Assembly (NCBI GenBank): GCA_964452145.1
Contig: CAYVLA010000080.1
Coordinates: forward strand, 1 to 14,255
Length of the DNA: 14,255 nt
Direction: 5' to 3'
Source: Candidatus Hadarchaeota archaeon
GTDB lineage: Archaea > CAYQAE01 > CAYVLA01
In this document: positions 6,761-13,988 of the stretch, one piece after another
Numbering within the stretch: position 1 is the stretch's first letter
Layout of the letters: each line of letters begins with the position of its first letter
Notes under the pieces: model-generated
Seen by the model: only the letters and a program-made list of their open reading frames with translations
Databases searched by the model: none
What the model was told of the DNA's origin: nothing
Translations under genes and position numbers: made by a program

Positions 6761-8749
6761 TTGCTTGTGATGCTCAGGATAGGCCCGGCGCACTGGTTGG
6801 ACGATGAGCGATTCGATGGCCTGCTTGAGTTCCTAGCGGCCGGCCGGGGTTCCATCGACGAACTTGCCTTCTTCACCCACGACACCCATGCACCGCTGTC
6901 GTTGAAGACGATGGAGGTTCGGCTTGTCCTGCTCAAGGAGCGCATGGCTAGGACTCGGAAGGAGATCCGAGTCAAGTGCGGCATAAACGTTCTGGCCACG
7001 ATGGGCCATCACGAGGAGAACCTTGAAGGGTCTCTGCACCAGAGGTCCCAGAGGGCCATGGATGAAAGGGGACGCATCTGCCGGGGCTGCCTTTGCCCAT
7101 CAGACCCAATGAACCTGGGGTATGTCCGCAGCCTGTACTCCATGGTCGCGAGGGCTGAGCCCGATTTCGTCTGGGTCGACGATGATGTGCGCCTAATGGG
7201 CCACATTCCCATAAGGGCCACCTGTTTCTGCAGCGGATGCATCAAACGCTTTTCCCGGGAGAGCGGATGCAGCTGGTCCCGTAAGAGCCTCATCAAGGCA
7301 CTAGGCGAAGACACAGAGCTGAGAGTCGAGTGGCTCGAACATAACCGGAAGCTCATCGCAGACTTGCTGACGGTGATCGAGCGATCCCTCCACGAGGTTT
7401 CGCCGTCCCTGCCCATCGGTTTCATGACTGGAGACCGATTCTTCGAGGGCTATGGCTTTGATCGATGGGCCAGGGTTCTCTCAGGCCCCAACGCCTCGGA
7501 GGTTCGCTGGAGGCCGGGCGGCGGCTTCTACTGGGACGATAGACCACTTGGACTCATTGAGAAGGGTCACGACATAGGCAGGCAGGTCTCCGCGCTTCCC
7601 CAAGACGTGGCCGTGATCCAGTCCGAGATCGAAAACTTCCCCTACCAGCAGCTCAAGAAGAGCGTCCAAGCGACGATCGTCGAGGGCGCTGCCCACATGG
7701 CCGCTGGCGCGACGGGGCTGGCCTTCAACGTGCTTTCGATGAACCCGGAGCCTTTGGATGATTACCTGCCTCTTCTGGACGGGATTGCATCGGCCCGCCC
7801 CTTCTACAAAGCTCTTAGGGACTCGGCCAAGCGCCAACCCTGTCTTGGCATATGGCCCGCGTGGAACCAGGACCTCTTCGCGGCCAGCGGACGACGGGGG
7901 GACTGGCTCGGGAGACCCGGCATACATGAGTCCCTGTCGAAGCAGTACGTCCTAGGCGAGATAGGCCTCCCCATCTGCTACGATCGCAGCGGCGCATCGG
8001 CCGCCACCTTCTCGGGTGCAACTCCCCTCTCCTTCCCGGATGATGAGCTGGAGGAGATCTTCCGGGGAGGCGTGTATCTGGATGTCGGCGCATGGGACAC
8101 GCTTGACCAGCGGGGCCTGTCGTCGCTCACGGGAGTCAGACCAATAGAGACGGTCGAACGCGATGCGATTGAGGTCTTCACCGACCATCCCGTCAACGGA
8201 CCCTTCGTGGGCAGGAGGCGGGACTGCAGACAGTCCTTTTGGTGGTCAGAGCCGGGACATGTCCTGGAGCCGACCCAAGGCGGCGTCCAGATCCTGGCCG
8301 AGATGGTGGACTATCTGGGCCGTCGCCTCGGACCCTGCATGACGAGCTTCACAAACGAACTGGGCGGGAGGGTTGTGGTGGCTGGATACTTTCCGTGGTT
8401 TCTGGTCCACAGCCAAGCGAAGTCAGCCCAGCTGAAGAGCGTCTTCCGTTGGCTCAGTGATGACCGGCTGCCCGCCTTCGTGGAGGATTTTGCCAAGGTC
8501 GCCATCTGGGCCAGGGGCAATGCCGACCATCCTTCAACCATCATACTGGTCAACGCCTCCCTTGATCCCTTGGAACATGTTCACGTTAGGATCCGGAGCA
8601 GCTCTGACCGATTCTGCGCCGCCAGACTGAGCGGTCAACGCTCTACCGTAAGATCACACATCACCTCTGACATGCCCGGGGGATGGTGCAGGATTGACTT
8701 GGGTGAGTTTCTGCCGTGGGGAGCCTCCCTGCTGACCGAGACTGGCTAG
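6761..8749 (+). CDS. Unclassified putative glycoside hydrolase (TIM barrel with Cys cluster plus GH42/GH151-like trimerisation domain)
   Basis: Long ORF (track 6683..8749). The start is moved to TTG 6761 (alternatives GTG 6767, ATG 6770) because AGGAGG lies at 6745-6750 and a TATA-like box at ~6712; this gives ~662 aa. Motifs CLCPSDP, FVWVDDDVRL, CFCSGC and QSEIENFPY, then GGVYLD and NELGGRVVV. The family assignment is inference from motif layout. Confidence 0.7.
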   Translation: MLVMLRIGPAHWLDDERFDGLLEFLAAGRGSIDELAFFTHDTHAPLSLKTMEVRLVLLKERMARTRKEIRVKCGINVLATMGHHEENLEGSLHQRSQRAMDERGRICRGCLCPSDPMNLGYVRSLYSMVARAEPDFVWVDDDVRLMGHIPIRATCFCSGCIKRFSRESGCSWSRKSLIKALGEDTELRVEWLEHNRKLIADLLTVIERSLHEVSPSLPIGFMTGDRFFEGYGFDRWARVLSGPNASEVRWRPGGGFYWDDRPLGLIEKGHDIGRQVSALPQDVAVIQSEIENFPYQQLKKSVQATIVEGAAHMAAGATGLAFNVLSMNPEPLDDYLPLLDGIASARPFYKALRDSAKRQPCLGIWPAWNQDLFAASGRRGDWLGRPGIHESLSKQYVLGEIGLPICYDRSGASAATFSGATPLSFPDDELEEIFRGGVYLDVGAWDTLDQRGLSSLTGVRPIETVERDAIEVFTDHPVNGPFVGRRRDCRQSFWWSEPGHVLEPTQGGVQILAEMVDYLGRRLGPCMTSFTNELGGRVVVAGYFPWFLVHSQAKSAQLKSVFRWLSDDRLPAFVEDFAKVAIWARGNADHPSTIILVNASLDPLEHVHVRIRSSSDRFCAARLSGQRSTVRSHITSDMPGGWCRIDLGEFLPWGASLLTETG

Positions 8750-8819
8750 CCTTGGATCTTTCGGCATAGGCCGGTCCGTGAAGCTTGCACTGGCGAGATG
8801 CCGCACCAAGATGATGCGT

Positions 8820-9503
8820 CTACAGAGATCTGACGGTTGGAATGACCTCATTCAGCAATCGGATCACCGGGCAGAAGAGCCCGGCAAGCACGCCCTCCCT
8901 GTCGAGCACGATCGGGTGCATCCCGACCCACATGGCGCCGAGGGCATCAGCTCCGACGCTGTCTCCGATGTGGACGGACTCCTCCGGACTTGCCCCGATA
9001 GAGGCCAGCGCGCAGTGGAATATCTCGGGGAGGGGTTTCTGGTAGCCCAGGGCCCTGGAGGCGACAATGGTGTCCAGATAACCGTGGATGCCTATCTTCT
9101 TGCAGAAGGATATGAGTTCCGGGTCCCAGTTCGATATCACTCCGAGGCGGTACCCAAGGGATTTCGCCTGTTTCAAGAAGGGCTCGGCATCCGGAAAGAG
9201 CTCTATCGAGTTGAAGTTGCTGGAGGCGAGGCGCATCGCGATCTCGCCCGCGGGCTCCAAACCCAGGTTCTGGATCGAGGTGATGAGCCTCTGCATGAAG
9301 TGTTGGTTGATCTCCTCCATCGTCTGTTTGTACTTGGGTTTCTGCGGAATCGCTGCCCGCGCCTTGTCGTAGGCGGCAAGCATATCCTGGTCTGAGACGT
9401 TGTAGCCAAACTGCCTCAACAGCATGGCGTAGCCCACCTGCCTGTCGATGGGCCTGTGCACAAGGGTGTCGCCCATGTCGAGGAAGATGTTCCTGATGGT
9501 CAT
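8820..9503 (-). CDS. HAD-superfamily hydrolase, subfamily IA (putative phosphatase)
   Basis: 227 aa. Motif I FLDMGDTL, motif II ISNWD, motif III QKPLPEIF, motif IV HIGDSVGADALGA. GAGGT SD-like site upstream of the ATG. Confidence 0.92.
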   Translation of the reverse strand: MTIRNIFLDMGDTLVHRPIDRQVGYAMLLRQFGYNVSDQDMLAAYDKARAAIPQKPKYKQTMEEINQHFMQRLITSIQNLGLEPAGEIAMRLASSNFNSIELFPDAEPFLKQAKSLGYRLGVISNWDPELISFCKKIGIHGYLDTIVASRALGYQKPLPEIFHCALASIGASPEESVHIGDSVGADALGAMWVGMHPIVLDREGVLAGLFCPVIRLLNEVIPTVRSL

Positions 9504-9554
9504 GGCGGAACCTCAGCTCAAGCAGGCTTTCAAATATCGCACCGGTTGTCCTGC

Positions 9555-10457
9555 CTAGGGCTCCACGGTATTCAGCCCTTCCTTCCTCAGCATTGCCTCC
9601 AGCTGGGCCACGTACCCATCGTCCTGCGTCCTAGCAGTCAGAGGATAGCTTCTGTGCAGCCAGGAGTACTTGCCCGCCGATGCAGGGTTGTAGGGAAGCA
9701 GCGAGATCCTCTTGGCCCCGAGAGCCAAGGCCTTCAAGCCGACCCACCTTACGACCTGGGGCGAGTCGTTGTGGCCCGGGATGAGGGGAACCCTCACGAT
9801 GACCTCCGATCTCGACTCGATCAGCCGCGAGAGGTTGTCCAGAATGAGCCTGTTCGAGACCCCGGTGTATCGCGTATGTAAGTCCTCGTCGGGATGCTTC
9901 AGGTCGTACAAGAAGAGATCCGTCAACGCTGCGAGTCTGCGGAGCCAATCCCATCGCACGTAGCCACACGTCTCCATGGCCGTGTGTATCGATCTTCTCT
10001 TGAGCAGCCCAAGGACTGCCCGCGAGAACTCGTACTGGAAGGTGGGTTCCCCGCCAGTGAGCGTGACCCCTCCCCCGGAGCTCTCGAGGAACGGAAGGAG
10101 CTGGAGGGCATGTTTCTCTATCTCCCCGGCCGTGACCGTGTGGCCCTTCACCTCCAGGGCCTGGGAGGCGCAGCCCTCGACGCAGAGCCTGCACAGACGG
10201 CAGTTCGACCTATCCCTCTCGTCAACGAGCTCGTTGGATCTCAGACCTTCCGGGCAAACCTGGAGGCAGTTGCCGCATCGGGTGCACCTGGTCTGGTACC
10301 ACACGATCTCGGGCCGGGGTAGAATCGACTCCGGGCTGTGGCACCAGAGGCAGCTTAGGGGGCATCCTTTCATGTACACGGACATGCGGAGGCCGGGTCC
10401 GTCGTGGATCGCCGTTTCGTCCACGGCGAAGATGAGGCCCCTGATGTGACGGCTCAT
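9555..10457 (-). CDS. Glycyl-radical enzyme activating protein (radical SAM) with inserted 2x[4Fe-4S] ferredoxin domain
   Basis: 300 aa. HDGPGLRMSVYMKG-CPLSCLWC-HSPES (CxxxCxxC), ferredoxin motifs CTRCGNCLQVC and CRLCRLCVEGC, GGGVTLTGGEPT, HTAMETCG, LFLYDLKH, VRVPLIPGHND. ATGA overlap with the GRE stop (10454-10457). Confidence 0.95.
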   Translation of the reverse strand: MSRHIRGLIFAVDETAIHDGPGLRMSVYMKGCPLSCLWCHSPESILPRPEIVWYQTRCTRCGNCLQVCPEGLRSNELVDERDRSNCRLCRLCVEGCASQALEVKGHTVTAGEIEKHALQLLPFLESSGGGVTLTGGEPTFQYEFSRAVLGLLKRRSIHTAMETCGYVRWDWLRRLAALTDLFLYDLKHPDEDLHTRYTGVSNRLILDNLSRLIESRSEVIVRVPLIPGHNDSPQVVRWVGLKALALGAKRISLLPYNPASAGKYSWLHRSYPLTARTQDDGYVAQLEAMLRKEGLNTVEP

Positions 10458-12628
10458 ATCTCCGTTTCCGTCCTGGCTATGACATCCTCCTGGGCATCCC
10501 GGCAGAGGAGCGTGAAGGGGACCAGGTACCCTCCGATCCTGACCAAGAGATCGGAGTAGCTCTCAGGGTTCTTCTGGGCATCCCGGAGGACCTCCGAGCT
10601 GGCAAGGTTGATCTGAACCATGTAGATCCCCTTATCGAAGGCCGTCTCAATCAGGCTCTTGAGCCGCTCCACGCCGGATTCGTTTCTGATCATGCTCGCC
10701 CCGAACCGGAGGTTGAAGACAATTCCGCCCAGGCCCCGGGACTGGTCCAATCCCAGCGTCGATAGAAGCATGGACACCGCTCCTCTCACCTGGACGCCAG
10801 TGCAGGCCCCGACGGTGTTGGCTAGGGGGGCTCCCGCCTTCCTTCCATCCGGCGTTGCAGGGGTTTCGTGGCCGAAGCCTATCCAGATGGTCCACCCCAG
10901 AAAACCGGGAAAGATGGGTCCGCCCAAGTAGTTGCGGTGCCCCTCGATCCCCGTGCACCATGCACCTGCGACTTCCGAGAAGAGGTCGTTCACCCAGGGG
11001 ATGTTGTTGCCATGCTTGGGACACTCATTCCGAATGGCCAGGCGGAGCTCGTCCCATCCCTGGAAATCGGCCACAATGGCCTTTCTGAAGTCCTCCACCG
11101 TGTAGCGCTTATCTTCCTCCAGGACCTTGACCGCGGCCAGACCGTCCACGACGTTGGATATCCCGACGGCCTCGGGCTGCAGGAAGTTGTACAGGGCCCC
11201 GCCCTGGGAGATGTCTCTTCCCCGCTCGATACCGTCTTGAATGAAGCATGACAACAGGGGGAAGGGCCTGTACCATGACTCCAACATCTGATCTCGGTTG
11301 CCCGTCAGGATTGCCTGATGGGCTGCGAACTCAAGCTGCTTGAGGAAGGCCTCCTTAAGCTCCGCATAGTTCTGGGGCACTCCGGTGTCCGGCCTATCCT
11401 GGCTGCCGCTCGTCGGATGGCGGCCTCCAAACATGGCGTACAGCAGGCTCATGGGTATGTTGACGTAGGGCCAGGCGACCCAGGGGTTGCACCGACCCTG
11501 GATCGAGGTCTCTGTGCACGTGCTGGGCAGGTGATCCACGGCGTGCTCTAAGGGAACGCCGTAACGGCCCAGCCCTCGGATTATCAGATCGGTGTTGAAG
11601 AATGAGGGTTGCCCCATTCCGTTGCGCAGGAGCTTGATCGCCTCCCTCACGAATTCCTGATCCATGTCCTTGTGCCATAGAATATCCACGCCCGGGAAGT
11701 AAGTTCTGGCCCGGTCGGAGACCTCAAGGATCTTGTAGGAAAGCTCGTTGGTTGCATCGGTTCCGTCTGGGTTCCGGCCGCCGATGCCGACGATGACCGC
11801 GCTCATGCCGGGGCCGTGGAACTCGTTGCACTTGATGAAGAGCTGCTCCAGCAGGGCGGCGGCCTCCTCTTTATCTTCCTCCCTGCGGTAGAACTCGGCA
11901 AGATGCCGGTCGATGTGCCCCGGACCGAAGCAACCGTGGGCCGTTCCCTCCTCCACGGCCACGGCCAAGAAGGTGAACCAGACAAGTTGTATGGCCTCGC
12001 GGAAGCTGCGCGGTGGCTGGGAGGATATCCATTCGCAGATGGACGCTGTCCTCGAAAGTTGGCGCCGCCACTCCGAATCGTGGGCCTGTTCCTGGAGCGA
12101 TCTTGCCAGCTCGGAATACCGGAGAATCAGGCCCTGGAATGCCTTGATGGATACGGCGGCGGCCCTGTAGAAGGCTTTTCTGGAAGGGGTATCGGGGTGC
12201 CCCGGGTCCAAGGCAGACTCCTTATCGGCTATCCGGGAGGCTATGGAGTCAAGGCCCTCCCTTAGGATCGTTGGGTAGTCAGGAGCCATGTGGCCCTCGC
12301 TGGCGCTGAGCCAGTAGTTCTGCTTGCCCAGGTAATCCCTTGCGTTCCTAAGAGCCTCCTTGGTCCTCTCGTCCTGTCGGGTATTCGGATGCCAGCCGAC
12401 AAGAATCTCGCCCTCCCTGATGCGGATGGGCATATTTGCGAAGATGTGGGATGTGGCTCGGGCGACGCGGAGTATGCGAAAGGGCTCCCCCTCGCTCTGT
12501 CGGAAAGCCTCCGCGGCCAGGATGGTCCTCTCCTCGAAAGAGGTCGCTTCCTTGCGGACCGATTCCCTCAGCTGGTGGCACCAGAGCCGCAGTGTATCGG
12601 CCAGAGCCTGTCCCGCTACCGTACCCAT
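10454..12628 (-). CDS. Glycyl radical enzyme (PFL-like superfamily, non-PFL type), substrate unknown
   Basis: 724 aa. GHMAPDY..IL..G, PPRSFREAIQLVWF, IGGRNPDGTDATNELSY, Cys loop STC371TE, VGISNVVDGLAAVK, PKHGNN, ATPDGRKAGAPLA, DAQKNPESYSDLLVRIGG700Y. Cognate activase directly downstream. Confidence 0.93.
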   Translation of the reverse strand: MGTVAGQALADTLRLWCHQLRESVRKEATSFEERTILAAEAFRQSEGEPFRILRVARATSHIFANMPIRIREGEILVGWHPNTRQDERTKEALRNARDYLGKQNYWLSASEGHMAPDYPTILREGLDSIASRIADKESALDPGHPDTPSRKAFYRAAAVSIKAFQGLILRYSELARSLQEQAHDSEWRRQLSRTASICEWISSQPPRSFREAIQLVWFTFLAVAVEEGTAHGCFGPGHIDRHLAEFYRREEDKEEAAALLEQLFIKCNEFHGPGMSAVIVGIGGRNPDGTDATNELSYKILEVSDRARTYFPGVDILWHKDMDQEFVREAIKLLRNGMGQPSFFNTDLIIRGLGRYGVPLEHAVDHLPSTCTETSIQGRCNPWVAWPYVNIPMSLLYAMFGGRHPTSGSQDRPDTGVPQNYAELKEAFLKQLEFAAHQAILTGNRDQMLESWYRPFPLLSCFIQDGIERGRDISQGGALYNFLQPEAVGISNVVDGLAAVKVLEEDKRYTVEDFRKAIVADFQGWDELRLAIRNECPKHGNNIPWVNDLFSEVAGAWCTGIEGHRNYLGGPIFPGFLGWTIWIGFGHETPATPDGRKAGAPLANTVGACTGVQVRGAVSMLLSTLGLDQSRGLGGIVFNLRFGASMIRNESGVERLKSLIETAFDKGIYMVQINLASSEVLRDAQKNPESYSDLLVRIGGYLVPFTLLCRDAQEDVIARTETEI

Positions 12629-12666
12629 TGACCATCCTCGTTATTTGATCCCCCTCCGCTCTGCGG

Positions 12667-12683
12667 TTTAATATGCTTATCTT
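12667..12683 (-). promoter_or_regulatory. Candidate archaeal BRE + TATA promoter of the GRE-activase(-HAD) operon
   Basis: The minus strand reads AAGATAAGCATATTAAA (purine-rich box then ATATTAAA), ending ~39 nt upstream of the GRE ATG. GAGG lies at 12639-12636. Confidence 0.55.
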
Positions 12684-12872
12684 GCTTGGTCGCGCGTAGC
12701 CGCGATGTGATCTTGCTGTTGCAGTTGGTTGGGTTCCCCGTTCCTTATCGTTGGCTGATCTGTACCCCGTTCGTGCCCCGACCCCTCGCCTCCCTATCAG
12801 GGCCACGTCTGTATAGATGATGGGGAGGAGGTAATGGTATGGCTTTCCTTCCCCCCGCATATAGTGCCCTCC

Positions 12873-13046
12873 GGGTTGGACATGGGAGAAGATGGGTTCC
12901 GGGCATGACGGTGAGGCGGGGGATTTGATCGGGTCGCTGATGTACAGGACACCGATCCAGCGGTCCACCAGGACCCAGCCCCGCGCACCAGCAACCCCGA
13001 CGGCCACAATGAATATGAACACGATCGGAAGGCGCTGTTGCGGCAT
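12873..13046 (-). pseudogene. 5' remnant of a signal-peptide-bearing gene, possibly a paralogue of the 1..1099 gene
   Basis: ATG at 13046 gives MPQQRLPIVFIFIVAVGVAGARG (signal-peptide-like), then WIGVLYISDPIKSPA..EPIFSHV. The frame then loses protein-like character and runs through the GRE promoter and into the GRE gene out of frame. An ATAAGCATA box lies 48 nt upstream. Confidence 0.4.
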
Positions 13047-13093
13047 TCCTGCAAGTCGGTGGGCCCGATGAGAGTCTTCCGGCAGGCAGGCAC

Positions 13094-13102
13094 TATGCTT
13101 AT
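13094..13102 (-). promoter_or_regulatory. ATAAGCATA box, identical to the core of the GRE promoter box
   Basis: tatgcttat occurs at 13094-13102 and at 12672-12680, 48 and 44 nt upstream of minus-strand ATGs (13046 and 12628). Confidence 0.35.
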
Positions 13103-13169
13103 GAGGAACAGCTCACCGGGTTCCGGCTCACGGCGGCGGCCGAAGATGCGAACGTCTGGGCCATGTCCT

Positions 13170-13988
13170 TCATGCGGCGTTCCGCTGGGCCTTTCGGTGG
13201 CTGAGAGAATGCTTTGATGAATGGGTTGCCCACTCCGGGCAGCATCGGCTCATCTCCCTCAGGAATGTATCCGCCGCTTCTTCGTAGTCCACGGAGGCTT
13301 GAGCCACGGCCGTGATCTCACCCTTCCAGACCCTCTTGACTTCGGATAACCTCCTCCGAACATCATCAGGATTCAGGCTCATGCGATACAGGGATAGCTT
13401 CTCCTCTATCAGTTCCCTCCTCAGGACCGCTCCGAGCCTTGAGAGGAAGTACAGATCGAAGAGGTCCCGGGCTGACACCCTCGTCAGAAGGGCGCGTACC
13501 TTCTCGGCCGCGATCTCGCTCATGTCCATCACCGGCAGCTGGTAGGGCAGAAGATCAGGATAGGGTGGTCGAATGATGGCGACTCTCGAGGCAATCACAA
13601 GCCCCTCCCTTCTGCTCATCTGGAGAGTCAGCACGCCCTCGCTGATCGTGGACCCAGAGTAGAGGGGACCACGGTACCGGATTCTCCCAGCAAAGGCGTT
13701 CTCACTTTCCTCTCTTCCCCACGAGACAACCGCGAAGCCGGCGGAGGAGAGGAATGCCGAAAGTGACCCATAGTCCGGTTCCCGGGCACTGCCCAGAGTG
13801 AAGTCCAGGTCGTCCGAGAAACGCGGTAGCCCAAAGGCCTTCTGCAAGCACGTACCACCCTTGAAGGCCCCGCCGAAACCCGAACGCGAAAGATAAGAAA
13901 GAACCCAATGCTGTACGTAATCCTTCTCCTTCTGGCCCAGATGGAAGCCTGGGGGTCCAAACCTCTCGAGTTCTGTGCGGTCAATCAT
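13170..13988 (-). CDS. abiEii: AbiEii/AbiGii-family nucleotidyltransferase toxin (type IV toxin-antitoxin)
   Basis: 272 aa. EKDYVQHWVLSYL, the signature FKGGTCLQKAFGLPRFSDDLDF, and IAAEKVRALLTR..ARDLFDLYFL. Confidence 0.9.
   Translation of the reverse strand: MIDRTELERFGPPGFHLGQKEKDYVQHWVLSYLSRSGFGGAFKGGTCLQKAFGLPRFSDDLDFTLGSAREPDYGSLSAFLSSAGFAVVSWGREESENAFAGRIRYRGPLYSGSTISEGVLTLQMSRREGLVIASRVAIIRPPYPDLLPYQLPVMDMSEIAAEKVRALLTRVSARDLFDLYFLSRLGAVLRRELIEEKLSLYRMSLNPDDVRRRLSEVKRVWKGEITAVAQASVDYEEAADTFLREMSRCCPEWATHSSKHSLSHRKAQRNAA

Noticed and set aside
8751..8810. Weak inverted repeat (CTTGG..CGGCAT / ATGCCG..CCAAG) between the convergent genes
   Set aside because: Short interrupted arms, ~30-nt loop and no U-tract; not supportable as a terminator.
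10454..12628. Annotation as pyruvate formate-lyase (pflB/pflA)
   Set aside because: Single Cys in a CxE loop rather than adjacent CC, and the activase has a ferredoxin insert that PflA lacks.
12765..12793. GTTCG-containing stretch resembling a tRNA T-arm / att site
   Set aside because: The flanks of the putative T-loop do not pair and no cloverleaf can be built.
12348..13046. 232-aa minus-strand ORF as an intact gene
   Set aside because: It runs through the GRE promoter and overlaps 281 nt of the GRE out of frame. Only the first ~55 codons look protein-like, so it is treated as a remnant.
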